A DNA stretch of 32,000 nt from Mycolicibacterium smegmatis (lineage in GTDB: Bacteria; Actinomycetota; Actinomycetes; Mycobacteriales; Mycobacteriaceae), in NCBI RefSeq assembly GCF_001457595.1, contig NZ_LN831039.1, forward strand, positions 1,170,001-1,202,000, written 5' to 3'. A model generated the notes under the pieces. That model searched no databases. It worked only from the letters and a program-made list of their open reading frames with translations, and was not told the DNA's origin. Shown here in pieces: positions 17,265-27,273 of the stretch. Each line of letters begins with the position of its first letter. Position 1 is the first letter of the stretch. The position numbers and the translations under genes were made by a program.

Positions 17265-18382
17265 AACTTCTGAGGAACAAGGTGGCCGCGGCGTTGCTCG
17301 CCGCGGTGGTACTCGGTGCCGTGGTGCTGGCGGTCGGCGGTGCCTATGTGAAGCAGCAGATGGGCGCCATCACCGTTACCGCCCAGTTCGACAGCGCAGC
17401 AGGGCTTTACGAGGGCAATGTGGTCGCGGTCCTTGGCATGCCGGTGGGCGAGGTCAAGAAGATCCGCAACAGGAACGGCTACGTCGAGGTGGAGTTCACG
17501 GTCGACAAGGGCGTCAACATTCCCGCCGACGTCCAGGCTGCCACCATCTCCAATTCGATTCTGACCGACCGCCAGATCGAGTTGACCCCGCCGTACCGGG
17601 GTGGTCCGACGCTGCAGAACAACGCCACGATCGGTTTGAACCGCACCCGCACACCGGTGGAGTTCGCGCGGGTGCTCGATGTTCTCGACAAGCTCGCGGG
17701 TTCGCTGCGCGGTGACGGCAAGGGCAACGGCCCGATCGCCGACGTACTCGGTGCCGGCGCGTCCATCGTCGACGGCAACGGCCAGCAGATGAAAGACGCG
17801 CTGGGCGAACTGTCGAACGCGTTGCGGCTCAGCTCAGATCGCGGGCAGGTCACCAAGGATCAGCTGACCACGATCGTGCGTAACCTGAGTGCGCTGTCGC
17901 AGGCCGCGGCCGACAACGACGCCATGATGCGCGAATTCGGCTCCTCCGTGCGGGCGTTGAGCCAGATCGTCGCCGACGAGGATCTGGGCAGCGGCACCAC
18001 CGGCAAGAAGATCAATGAGGTGCTCACCCACACCGGGCAGGTGCTCGAAACCCACCGCGACGCCATCAAGGATCTGGTCGCCAACGGTGACGTCGTGCTG
18101 AACACCGTCGCCGTCGACCACGAACGCGACGTGAAGGAGCTGCTCGACATCGCACCGATGACCTTGGACAACCTGTACAACGTCGCCGACAAGAAGAACG
18201 GCGCGTTGCGGGTGAAGGTGGTCACCGACAAGCTGCTGTTCGACAATCAGCTGATCAAAGAGGTCTGCAACATGATGGGTCTGCGCCAATTGGGCTGCAG
18301 CACCGGCACGCTGCAGGACTTCGGGCCTGACTTCGGATTGAGCTCCATGCTCGACGGACTTGCGGCGATGGGGCAGAAGTGA
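17261..18382 (+). CDS. mceD: Mce-family protein, D position
   Basis: LYEGNVVAVLGMPVGEVKKIRNRNGYVEVEFTVDKGVNIP; ATG overlaps the upstream TGA. Confidence 0.9.
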   Translation: MKLLRNKVAAALLAAVVLGAVVLAVGGAYVKQQMGAITVTAQFDSAAGLYEGNVVAVLGMPVGEVKKIRNRNGYVEVEFTVDKGVNIPADVQAATISNSILTDRQIELTPPYRGGPTLQNNATIGLNRTRTPVEFARVLDVLDKLAGSLRGDGKGNGPIADVLGAGASIVDGNGQQMKDALGELSNALRLSSDRGQVTKDQLTTIVRNLSALSQAAADNDAMMREFGSSVRALSQIVADEDLGSGTTGKKINEVLTHTGQVLETHRDAIKDLVANGDVVLNTVAVDHERDVKELLDIAPMTLDNLYNVADKKNGALRVKVVTDKLLFDNQLIKEVCNMMGLRQLGCSTGTLQDFGPDFGLSSMLDGLAAMGQK

Positions 18383-19659
18383 TGGCAGCTTCACCGAAAC
18401 GTCTACGGAAAGTTCGTCTGGTCGCGGCGTTCGCGATGACGGTCATCGTCTCCGGCTGCGCCACAAACGGTCTGGCCGATCTGCCGTTGCCCGCCCCCGG
18501 TGTGGGCAGCGGCGGGTACCGGATCACCGCGATCTTCTCCAACGCGCTGAACCTGCCCGCCAACGCCAAGGTCAAGCTCGCCGGCGCCGACATCGGCGAG
18601 ATGGACTCCATGGTCGCCCGCAACTACACCGCGGTGACCACGTTGCGGATCATGGAAGGCGTGCGACTGCCCGAGGGCAGCACTGCCGAGTTGCGGTCCG
18701 CGACACCACTCGGCGATGTGTTCATCGCCATCAAACCTCCCGCCCCGGTCGAGCCAGGCACGCCGTTGCTCAAAGACGGTGACACCATCGACCTGGACGC
18801 AACCGCCGCCGCGGCCACGGTCGAATCGGTGCTGAGTTCGGCGGCGATCCTCGTCAACGGCGGAGCCGTGCGCAACTTCACCAACCTCATCAACGGCATG
18901 GGCAAGGCGACCGGCGACCAGGGCCAGGCGTTCGGCAACCTGATCCGCAAGACCAACAACACGCTGGCGACACTGACCGCGCGGTCGGAGGAGATCTCGA
19001 CCGCGATGACCGAGACATCACGCCTGGCACAACAGATTTCGGCCAAGAACCAGGCGCTCAGCGATGTGATGGCGCAGGCCCGTCCCGCCACCGACACGCT
19101 GGCGGCCCACACCACGCAGATCGCGGACCTGGTCACCCAGATCGGCGACGTGTCCGACCAGCTGCGCAAGTTCCCGTCGATCGCGGGGGCCGACACCAGC
19201 GGCCGCAGCGTGATCGCCGACGCCAACACGGTTGCGGGAGCGTGGAATGACGTCGCGCTTGCCCCCGATGCGACCCTCTATGCGCTCAACCGGCTGCTGC
19301 CGCCGTTCATCAAGTCGATGAGTTCCGGTGCCATCTCGCTCGACGCGAGCGTCGACCGCCTCATCCTCGGCTCCACACCCGACATCGGCTTCGCAGGCGA
19401 TCAGGGGTTGCACGGTCCCAAGCGCCACGATTGGCACCAGTTGGTCGGCACGCTCAAGTACACGTTGCTGCGCCTGCAGGAGCGAGTGGTGGGCCAAGGC
19501 CCAGGTGTGCCACAGGTTCCGGTGATCCCCAGCCCCACCGAGCCCGGCGAGATCATCGTCGATCCCGGCGCGGCCGCGCCGCCCGAAGACGCTCCGGCAC
19601 CCGAACCGGCGCCCGCGGCGCAGGCGCCGGCACCGCTACCCGCTGAGGCCCCGCGATGA
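18379..19659 (+). CDS. mceE: Mce-family lipoprotein, E position (LprK/LprN-like)
   Basis: Lipobox VIVSGCA near the N-terminus; LPANAKVKLAGADIGEMDSMVARNYTAVTTLRI Mce domain; GTG start overlapping mceD. Confidence 0.9.
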   Translation: MMAASPKRLRKVRLVAAFAMTVIVSGCATNGLADLPLPAPGVGSGGYRITAIFSNALNLPANAKVKLAGADIGEMDSMVARNYTAVTTLRIMEGVRLPEGSTAELRSATPLGDVFIAIKPPAPVEPGTPLLKDGDTIDLDATAAAATVESVLSSAAILVNGGAVRNFTNLINGMGKATGDQGQAFGNLIRKTNNTLATLTARSEEISTAMTETSRLAQQISAKNQALSDVMAQARPATDTLAAHTTQIADLVTQIGDVSDQLRKFPSIAGADTSGRSVIADANTVAGAWNDVALAPDATLYALNRLLPPFIKSMSSGAISLDASVDRLILGSTPDIGFAGDQGLHGPKRHDWHQLVGTLKYTLLRLQERVVGQGPGVPQVPVIPSPTEPGEIIVDPGAAAPPEDAPAPEPAPAAQAPAPLPAEAPR

Positions 19660-20912
19660 TCAACGCAGTCGCCGACCGGATCGTCGGCCTCGTCCGCTTC
19701 GGGTACCGCAAGCGGTCCTGGTTGTCTGCGCTCGGGCTGGTGATGACGCTCGTCGTCGCGACGGCGTACTTGTTCTTCGGTGCGCTGCAGGTGAATCCGC
19801 TCGATTCGGACTACCGCCTCACGGTTCAGCTGCCGGAGTCGGCGGGCCTGCTGCCGGATCAGGACGTGACGCTACGAGGTGTGCCGATCGGCCGCGTAGA
19901 ACGTCTCGACATCACGCCGTCCGGGGTCAATGCGATCGTCAAGGTGAAGTCGACGGTGCGGATCCCCGAGGCCAGCGACGTTCGGGTGTCGGGGTTGTCG
20001 CCGGCCGGTGAGCAGTACATCGACTTCATCGACGTGCCCGCCGAGAGTTCGAGCCGGTTCCTGGCCGACGGTGCGGTGATCCGGCAGGGGCAGGCCACTG
20101 TCCCGGTCAGCCTCGCGAATCTGCTGGCCGACGCCGACGGTGCGCTCGGGCAGGTGGACACCGCGAAGATCGAACTGATCAAGCGCGAGTTGAGCCTGAC
20201 CGACGCCGGCCCGCAGAAGCTCGCCGATATCGTCGACGGCGGAACGTTCCTGCTGTCCACGCTCGATTCGGTGCTGCCAGAGACCAGTTCGCTGCTGCGG
20301 ACCGGCCGCGTGGTGTTCACCTTGATGGCCGACAAGAATCCCGGCATCAGCGTCGCCTCGGACAATCTCACCGAAACCTTCACGGGCATGGACAAGATGC
20401 GCGAGGGATACCGTCGACTGACCAACCAGACCCCGGAGACCCTGGCGGCGGTCGACAACCTGTTCGTCGACAACTCCGACACCATGGTGCAGCTCTTGGG
20501 CAATCTCACCACCGCCTCACGGCTGCTCTACCTGCGGGTGCCCGCGCTCAACGCGCTGTTCCCGTCGTACCGCACCTCGGTGCTCGACGCGCTCGGCACC
20601 GCGATCCACGACGGTGGTCTGTGGGGGACGGCCGAACCGTACCCGCGCTACACCTGCGACTACGGCACACCGAAACTGCCGCCGTCATCGGCAGATTTCC
20701 CGGAGCCGTTCATGTACACCTACTGCCGCGACGTCCATCCGGGCGTCCTGGTCCGCGGGGCGAAGAACGCGCCTCGGCCTGCGGACGACGACACCGCGGG
20801 GCCGCCACCGGGCGCTGATCTCGGTCGCCAGACCGACCCCACGCCCAGGGGCCGCTACACCATTCCGACGCCCTACGGGGGACCGACGCTGCCGATCGAA
20901 CCGCCTCGGTAG
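19656..20912 (+). CDS. mceF: Mce-family protein, F position
   Basis: LLPDQDVTLRGVPIGRVERLDITPSGVNAIVKVKSTVRIP Mce domain; ATG overlaps the mceE stop. Confidence 0.9.
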   Translation: MINAVADRIVGLVRFGYRKRSWLSALGLVMTLVVATAYLFFGALQVNPLDSDYRLTVQLPESAGLLPDQDVTLRGVPIGRVERLDITPSGVNAIVKVKSTVRIPEASDVRVSGLSPAGEQYIDFIDVPAESSSRFLADGAVIRQGQATVPVSLANLLADADGALGQVDTAKIELIKRELSLTDAGPQKLADIVDGGTFLLSTLDSVLPETSSLLRTGRVVFTLMADKNPGISVASDNLTETFTGMDKMREGYRRLTNQTPETLAAVDNLFVDNSDTMVQLLGNLTTASRLLYLRVPALNALFPSYRTSVLDALGTAIHDGGLWGTAEPYPRYTCDYGTPKLPPSSADFPEPFMYTYCRDVHPGVLVRGAKNAPRPADDDTAGPPPGADLGRQTDPTPRGRYTIPTPYGGPTLPIEPPR

Positions 20913-20932
20913 CCACGCCCCATACGAAGGAG

Positions 20933-21625
20933 ATGACCGTGAAACTCAAAACCGACAAGCGCAGGGATGTCTTCGACGAGGCCGTCGAGGACACCGAGGA
21001 CGCCGAGGTTGAGGCACTCGATGTCGCCGAGTCGGAGGACACCGCAACGGAACCCGAATCCGACGAGGTCACCGGTCCTTCCGGCGAGAAGCCGTCCGAC
21101 AAGCCTTCCGACGAGAAGCCGGCTGAAACGGTCACCAGCCCAAACCAGCGTCGTGGCGTCGTACTGGGCGTTGCCGCAGGCATTCTGGTCGCCGCACTGC
21201 TGGGCGGCGGCGGGTTCGTCGGCTGGCAGCTGTGGCAGACCAAGCAGGTGATCGCGGCCGGAAACCAGGCCAGAGACGCCGCGGTGAACTACGCCCAGGT
21301 GCTCACCAGCATCGACTCGAACAAGGTCGACGAGAATTTCGACCAGGTGCTCGCAGGCGCCACGGGGGAGTTCAAGGACATGTACTCGCAGTCGAGCATG
21401 CAGCTGCGCCAGTTGCTGATCGAGAACAAAGCCACCGCGCACGGCGTGGTGGTGGAGTCGGCCGTGCAGTCGGCGACCAAAAACAAAGCTGTGGTGCTGC
21501 TCTTCGTCGACCAGTCGGTGCAGAACACGGCCGTGCCGGATCCCCGCATCGACCGCAGCCGCATCAAGATGACCATGGAGAAGGTCGACGGGCAATGGAA
21601 AGCAAGCAAGGTCGAGCTGCCCTGA
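20933..21625 (+). CDS. Mce-associated membrane protein (Mas-like)
   Basis: Acidic N-terminus, one TM (GVVLGVAAGILVAALLGGGGFVGWQLW), then the ARDAAVNYAQVLTSIDSNKVDENFDQVLAGATGEFKDMY signature seen in genes downstream of mceF. Confidence 0.85.
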   Translation: MTVKLKTDKRRDVFDEAVEDTEDAEVEALDVAESEDTATEPESDEVTGPSGEKPSDKPSDEKPAETVTSPNQRRGVVLGVAAGILVAALLGGGGFVGWQLWQTKQVIAAGNQARDAAVNYAQVLTSIDSNKVDENFDQVLAGATGEFKDMYSQSSMQLRQLLIENKATAHGVVVESAVQSATKNKAVVLLFVDQSVQNTAVPDPRIDRSRIKMTMEKVDGQWKASKVELP

Positions 21626-21627
21626 GC

Positions 21628-22416
21628 ATGAAGCGTTTCGGCCCTCTCATCGGCGCGGCACTGACCGTCGTCGCGCTCGCAACCGCCGCATCCGCGGGGG
21701 CGTCGGTGGTGTCGTTCTGCGACGACCTCGCCGGCCGGATGGACGGGCCCTACTGTCACCTGTCGATCGAGTCCGACCGCAAGGCGACACGTGACATCAA
21801 GGTCGCGATCCCCGGCGAGCTTGTCGACGACCCCGTGGCGGGCCCCGTGGTGCGCGACTATCTGAGCACGCTTGTGGGCAACTGGATGAAGGCCGGCCAG
21901 AAGATGGTCGCCGACAGCTTCGGCGAGGAGAACTATCAGATCTTCCGGCACGGCGATGCGCTGTCGGTGGTGTTCCGCGAGACCTACCACGCCGACGGAC
22001 CGGACTTCAACAACGCCTATCGCACTTTCACTTTCGACATGGCCGAGGGCCGGCGCCTTCAGCTGGCCGATCTCATGAAGCCGGGTGTGGATCCGTTGAC
22101 CGCGATCCCGCCGCTGGCGCAGCCGTTCATCGTGCAGGCACTCGACCAGGCGCCACCCCCGCACCAGCCGGGCACCTACCCGTTCGTGTTCGATCGCTGG
22201 TTACCCGACAAGGTGTACTCCGGCGCCTACAAGGCATGGGCCCTCACGCCCGACGAACTGATCATCTACATGCCGGATTACCCTGTCGCACGCGACCGGC
22301 CGACCGATTTCACCCCCGGCGTCATGCAGTGGTCGATGGACGGTGGCACCGTGCAGGCACACATCCCGCTCGCCGCGCTCGCCCCGATCCTGCAGCCGCG
22401 CTACGGGGGCGCCTGA
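21628..22416 (+). CDS. Exported MPT64/Rv3036c-like protein with DUF3298/RsiV-type C-terminal region
   Basis: Signal peptide MKRFGPLIGAALTVVALATAASAGA; SFREETY-like VVFRETYHADGPDFNNAYRTFTFDMAEGRRLQLADLMKPGVDP, ALTPDELIIYMPDYPVA, VQAHIPLAALAPIL; starts 2 nt after the previous stop. Confidence 0.7.
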   Translation: MKRFGPLIGAALTVVALATAASAGASVVSFCDDLAGRMDGPYCHLSIESDRKATRDIKVAIPGELVDDPVAGPVVRDYLSTLVGNWMKAGQKMVADSFGEENYQIFRHGDALSVVFRETYHADGPDFNNAYRTFTFDMAEGRRLQLADLMKPGVDPLTAIPPLAQPFIVQALDQAPPPHQPGTYPFVFDRWLPDKVYSGAYKAWALTPDELIIYMPDYPVARDRPTDFTPGVMQWSMDGGTVQAHIPLAALAPILQPRYGGA

Positions 22417-22568
22417 GCTTCGACGGGTTCATATCGGGTGCGGGGCACGTATCAGGAATGCTCAGTGATGGCACGGTGAAGTGCTGTCATGCAGCAATAT
22501 TCGGTTCCGTGACCGATCCCGTCCCGGCGCATCCGTCGAACTGCGACAGTAGAGATCCGGCAGCTCAC

Positions 22569-22592
22569 GTTACTTCAACTTAATGAAGTAAC
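22569..22592. promoter_or_regulatory. 24-bp palindrome upstream of the XRE-cupin regulator/catabolic operon (candidate operator)
   Basis: GTTACTTCA-acttaa-TGAAGTAAC, 9/9 perfect arms, followed 2 nt later by a TTGACA -35-like hexamer (22595-22600). Confidence 0.8.
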
Positions 22593-22643
22593 TGTTGACA
22601 TAGTGAAGACGCTGGGGAATGCTTTTCAGCGGGGGGAGGACAG

Positions 22644-23249
22644 ATGGGCAAGGCCAAACCGAATGACAACAAAGCGTTGGTCGACGCCATGCTCGGTGAC
22701 CTCGGGTCACGTATCCGCATGTTGCGCAAGGAGCGTCAACTCACCACAGAGCGGCTTGCGGAGACCGCGGGTGTCAGCGCCGGACTCATCAGCCAGATAG
22801 AGCGCGGCAACGGCAACCCATCCTTCGCCACGCTGGTTCAGCTCGCCCACGGGTTGCAGATGCCCATCGGGCAACTGCTCGAAGCTCCCGAGAGCAAGTC
22901 GGTCGTCGTCCGCAAGAACGAGCGGCGCCGACTGGACGGTCACGGGCTGGCCAACGACGACGGCGGGAGCTACGAGCTCCTAACCCCCGACCTCAACGGC
23001 GCCCTAGAGGCCACCTGGGTGGTGACCCCACCCGGCTACGACACGAGCGCCACGCCGTACCACCACCACGGCGAAGAGTTCGGCATCGTCCTGTCAGGCA
23101 CGAAGGACGTCTACCTGGACGGCATCCGTCACCGGCTCCATGCCGGTGACTCAATCCGGTACGCGTCCAACATCCCCCACTGGTATGTGAACCCCTCCGA
23201 GACCGAGGAGTGCACCGCGATCTGGGTGTCTACACCACCCACCTGGTAG
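22644..23249 (+). CDS. XRE-family transcriptional regulator with cupin domain
   Basis: IRMLRKERQLTTERLAETAGVSAGLISQIERGNGNPSFATLVQLAHGL HTH; YHHHGEEFGIVLSGTKDVYLDGIRHRLHAGDSIRYASNIPHWYVNP cupin. Confidence 0.92.
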   Translation: MGKAKPNDNKALVDAMLGDLGSRIRMLRKERQLTTERLAETAGVSAGLISQIERGNGNPSFATLVQLAHGLQMPIGQLLEAPESKSVVVRKNERRRLDGHGLANDDGGSYELLTPDLNGALEATWVVTPPGYDTSATPYHHHGEEFGIVLSGTKDVYLDGIRHRLHAGDSIRYASNIPHWYVNPSETEECTAIWVSTPPTW

Positions 23250-23378
23250 CCCTCCCCGGCCGACACCCGGTCGGGCACACCTCTCCTCACCTCAACAACC
23301 ACCGTTCCGTGCGCACCGACGCGTACGGAGCCGGCCGAGTGCGTCCAAAAACCAGACCGGAATACCGGAGAACCCACC

Positions 23379-24686
23379 ATGGCAAGCTCCCCACGGCCCT
23401 TGGCCGCCACGAACGCAACATCACCAGCGTCGGCCGCGCCGCCGACCAGCCGGCGCACCATGCTCGCGCTCGGCCTCGGCAACACCCTCGAGTGGTATGA
23501 CTGGATGATTTTCGGCCTGCTTGCCGCCTACCTCGGCCCGCAGTTCTTCGCGCCCCAGGACTCCGTGTCGGCCACCCTCGACACGCTCGCCGTATTCGCG
23601 GTCGGATTCGTGATGCGCCCGCTCGGCGGCGTGCTCCTCGGCAACCTGGCCGACCGGATCGGCCGTCGCCGCGTGATGCTGCTGTCGGTCAGCTTGATGG
23701 CGGTCACCACGCTGGTGATCGCCGTGATGCCGACGTACGACACGATCGGTGTGTGGGCCGGCGTCCTGCTGCTGGTGCTGCGGATCTTGCAAGGCGTCTC
23801 GACCGGCATCGAGGCACCCCTGTCGACCGCTTACGCCGTGGAGGTCAACCCCGCCGGGCACGAGGGTCGCGCTGCGGGTTACATCAGCTTCTTCGTCAAC
23901 TTCGGCATCCTGCTCGCCTCGCTGGTCAGTTTCCTCACCAGTTATTTCCTGGGCGGCGACGAGATGGCGGCGTGGGGTTGGCGGGTCCCGATGCTATTCG
24001 GCGCAGCGATGGGCTTTTTCGTCCTGTACTTGCGCCGTACCCTGCCCGAGACACTGCACGATGAGGAGAAAGCCGAACAGAACGCCGGCACCTGGGGCGG
24101 TGTTCTCAAGCACTGGATCGGCCTTCTCGCAATGATTTTCGTAGTGGGCGCCGCGCAGGCCTACAACTACGCCTGGAACGTCGGCTTGCCCAGCCTGGCC
24201 CGCAGCACGTTCAACGAGGACCCCACCAGGATCTTCGCGGCCACAACCGCATTCGGCGTCATCCTGCTGATCGGTTCCATCGTCACCGGCCGTCTCGCCG
24301 ACCGGATCACGCTGTCGAAGGCCTTCATCGGCACGCGCCTGCTGGCCATCCCCGCCGTCTTCATGATGCTGCTCTACGCCGGGCCAGGCATGAGCACGTT
24401 CACCGTCGTGCTGCTCGTCGGCGGCGTGTTCCTGGTGGCGAACATGACCCTCTACAACGTCGTTTCCACCAGCCTGATGCCGAAGTACTGTCGCGCGACC
24501 GGCACCAGCCTGGGCTACGGCCTCGCAGTCGCAGCGTTCGGAGGCACCGCCTCCTACCTGTTGGTCTGGCTGCAACGCATCGGCCAACTCTGGGTCTTCC
24601 CGGCCTACACCGCGACCCTCGCCGCGATCAGCGTCGTCCTCTACATCATCGCCCGCCGCAAGAGCGGGACCTTCGCAGGAAAGTGA
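23379..24686 (+). CDS. MFS transporter, metabolite:H+ symporter-like
   Basis: 435 aa; GLGNTLEWYDWMIFGLLAAYLGPQFF, FVMRPLGGVLLGNLADRIGRRRVMLLSVSLMA. Confidence 0.9.
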   Translation: MASSPRPLAATNATSPASAAPPTSRRTMLALGLGNTLEWYDWMIFGLLAAYLGPQFFAPQDSVSATLDTLAVFAVGFVMRPLGGVLLGNLADRIGRRRVMLLSVSLMAVTTLVIAVMPTYDTIGVWAGVLLLVLRILQGVSTGIEAPLSTAYAVEVNPAGHEGRAAGYISFFVNFGILLASLVSFLTSYFLGGDEMAAWGWRVPMLFGAAMGFFVLYLRRTLPETLHDEEKAEQNAGTWGGVLKHWIGLLAMIFVVGAAQAYNYAWNVGLPSLARSTFNEDPTRIFAATTAFGVILLIGSIVTGRLADRITLSKAFIGTRLLAIPAVFMMLLYAGPGMSTFTVVLLVGGVFLVANMTLYNVVSTSLMPKYCRATGTSLGYGLAVAAFGGTASYLLVWLQRIGQLWVFPAYTATLAAISVVLYIIARRKSGTFAGK

Positions 24687-26095
24687 GTGCACCCATGAAC
24701 ACCTCTGAGCTCGCCATCAGTAGCGATCAGCTGGACGCACCAATCGTCAGGCGCTCCGACGTGGTTGTGGTCGGCGGCGGTCCGGCCGGCGTGAGCGCCG
24801 CGGTGGCCGCGGCCCGCAGCGGCGTCGACGTGACTCTCGTGGAGCGCTATTCAGCGCTCGGGGGGCTTGCCTCCGGCGGGATGGTCCTGGTGCTCGACGA
24901 CATGGTGAACGGCAACGAGATCACCGTGCAAGGCATCGTCGACGAATACGTCGAGCGTATGGCCCGTCGTAACCACGCGGTCTACCCGCCGCGCGAAGAC
25001 TGGCACGCCGCGACCGAGCTGTGGAACAAGTGGGGTCGCTACGGCCTCTTCAACTTCCACTCCCACACCAACCCCAAGCCGATCTGCTACGCGGTCGCGT
25101 TCGACCCTGACGGCTGGAAGATCACCTCCAACGAGCTGGTCCGAGAGGCCGGTGTGCACCTGAGGATGCACAGCTGGTTCTCCCGTCCCGTCATCGACGA
25201 CGGCGCACTCAAAGGTGTTGTCGTCGAAACCAAGGCCGGTCCGCAGGCGATCATGGGCAACGTCGTGATCGACACCACCGGGGACATCGACGTGGCCTCT
25301 CGGTCCGGAGCGCCCTACGAGCACGACAAGTATCTGGTCACGCTCGTGTTCCGCCTGGGAGGTGTCGATACCGACGCCGCCGAGAGGTTCGAGCAGGAGA
25401 ACCCGCGTGAGGCCCGCGCGATCAACCGCCGCATCAAGCGGCTTCTCGGTGGAGCTTGGGAGTTGTGGTGGCTGAAGACACCGTTGCCCGGCGTGGTGTG
25501 GTGCAACACCCCGCACATGACCGGCTTCGACGGGGCGGACCCCGAGTCGCTGACGAACGCCGAGTTCGCCGCGAGGGAGCGAATCGACAACGCACTGACG
25601 GCCATCCGCGAGGATCTGCCCGGGTTCGAGAACGCCTACATCCTCGACGTCGCACAGCAGATGGGGGTGCGGCAGACACGGCTGCTGCGGGGTGAATACG
25701 TCGTCACCAAGGACGACGTGGTCAACCGGCGCCATTTCAGCGACAGCGTCGCCCGCGGCCGGGACTACTACACGCCCTACCGGTCTCTACTTCCTCGCGG
25801 GGTGGACCAGCTGCTCGTCGCCGGCCGCCACTACTCCGCGACGCCGGAGGCGCAAAGGATGTCACGCGAGATCCCACCTTGCATGGCACAAGGGCAGGCC
25901 GTCGGCATCGCTGCGGCGCTCGCCGTGGACAAGGGGCTCACCGTTCGTGAAGTCCCCACAAGCGAAATCCAGACGAGGATGCGCGACCAGGGCGCCGACC
26001 CCGGCGACCAGCCGTCCGCCAACGCCACGATCGACGAGGGCAGCGTGGCCCCCGCCGACCACTGCCCCGACCACCACAAGGAGACCGTCCGATGA
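24683..26095 (+). CDS. FAD-dependent oxidoreductase (FAD_oxidored-like)
   Basis: SDVVVVGGGPAGVSAAVAAARSGVDVTLVERYSALGGLASGGMVLVLDD; GNVVIDTTGDIDVASRSGAPYE; ATGA overlap with the upstream gene. Confidence 0.85.
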   Translation: MSAPMNTSELAISSDQLDAPIVRRSDVVVVGGGPAGVSAAVAAARSGVDVTLVERYSALGGLASGGMVLVLDDMVNGNEITVQGIVDEYVERMARRNHAVYPPREDWHAATELWNKWGRYGLFNFHSHTNPKPICYAVAFDPDGWKITSNELVREAGVHLRMHSWFSRPVIDDGALKGVVVETKAGPQAIMGNVVIDTTGDIDVASRSGAPYEHDKYLVTLVFRLGGVDTDAAERFEQENPREARAINRRIKRLLGGAWELWWLKTPLPGVVWCNTPHMTGFDGADPESLTNAEFAARERIDNALTAIREDLPGFENAYILDVAQQMGVRQTRLLRGEYVVTKDDVVNRRHFSDSVARGRDYYTPYRSLLPRGVDQLLVAGRHYSATPEAQRMSREIPPCMAQGQAVGIAAALAVDKGLTVREVPTSEIQTRMRDQGADPGDQPSANATIDEGSVAPADHCPDHHKETVR

Positions 26096-27273
26096 TCAGC
26101 GCCCTCGACGGAGTCGTCGTCCTCGACTTCACCCAGGTCTACATGGGTCCCAGCTGCACGCAGATGCTCGCCGACTACGGCGCCGAGGTGATCAAGGTCG
26201 AGCGCCCGAAAGTCGGTGATTTGAGCCGGAATTCGTTCCCGGACCCCGCAGGACAGGACAATCCGGTGTTCTTCTCGATCAACCGCAACAAGCGCAGCAT
26301 CACCGTCGACACCCGCACCGACGCAGGCAAGGACGTCATCCGCGACCTCGTACGGCGGGCCGACGTGGTAGTCAGCAACTTTCGGCACGGCGTCATCGAA
26401 CGCATGGGTTTCGGCTACGAAGAGTGCAAGCAACTCAACCCGCGGATCGTCTGGGCCTCCGGAACCGGCTTCGGCGAGACAGGGCCCTACGCCCACAAGG
26501 GCGGACAAGACGCGATCGCCCAGGCGTACTCCGGGGTGATGTGGCGCCGCGCCGACGACGCCACTCCGCTGACGGTCTACCCGACCACGTTGTGTGACTA
26601 CACCACGGGTATGCACCTCGCCCAGGGAATCCTGCTCGCGTTGCTCGCTCGGGACCGCACCGGCGAAGGCCAGAAGGTGCAGGTCAACATGTACGACTCG
26701 ATGCTGCACATGCAGATGCAGGAGGCCGCCGGCCAGCTGAACCGCGGCGAGGAGATCAACTGGGCCGCAATGCCATTGACTGGGGTCTTCGAGACGACCG
26801 ACGGCGCCGTGTGCATGGTCGGAGCGTTCAAGGAAAACCCACTCCGTGACATCTCGAAAGCCCTCGGGTTCGACGAGGACCTCTCCACCAGACCGGGCTT
26901 CGACACTCTGGAAGGACAGATCGAGCATCGAAGCGAACTGCAGGAGATCTTCCGCCGACGGTTCGCCCAAGACACCACTGAGCATTTCGTGTCTCGCCTG
27001 GAGGAGCAGGACATCCTCTGCGCACCCGTGCGCACCCTCAAAGAAGCCCTCGACGATCAGCAGACTGTGTGCAACGGCATGGTCGTGGAAATGCACCACC
27101 CGCACGCCGGCACCGTCAAGGTGCTCAACGCGCCGATCCGCCTGAGCGGCACGCCGAACACGACCCGCCGCCCGGCGCCGATGCTAGGCGAACACAACGA
27201 GGAGATCCTGCGCGAGCTCGGATACTCCGACGAGCAGGTCGCCGCCCTCCTCGACGAGGGGACAGTCCGATGA
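26092..27273 (+). CDS. CaiB/BaiF-type (class III) CoA-transferase
   Basis: LDGVVVLDFTQVYMGPSCTQMLADYGAEVIKVERPKVGDLSR; RNKRSITVDTRTDAGKDVIRDLV; HPHAGTVKVLNAPIRLSGTP. Confidence 0.92.
   Translation: MISALDGVVVLDFTQVYMGPSCTQMLADYGAEVIKVERPKVGDLSRNSFPDPAGQDNPVFFSINRNKRSITVDTRTDAGKDVIRDLVRRADVVVSNFRHGVIERMGFGYEECKQLNPRIVWASGTGFGETGPYAHKGGQDAIAQAYSGVMWRRADDATPLTVYPTTLCDYTTGMHLAQGILLALLARDRTGEGQKVQVNMYDSMLHMQMQEAAGQLNRGEEINWAAMPLTGVFETTDGAVCMVGAFKENPLRDISKALGFDEDLSTRPGFDTLEGQIEHRSELQEIFRRRFAQDTTEHFVSRLEEQDILCAPVRTLKEALDDQQTVCNGMVVEMHHPHAGTVKVLNAPIRLSGTPNTTRRPAPMLGEHNEEILRELGYSDEQVAALLDEGTVR

Noticed and set aside
24851-25735. Minus-strand 294 aa ORF over the FAD oxidoreductase
   Set aside because: Shadow frame of a well-supported CDS; no recognisable domain.
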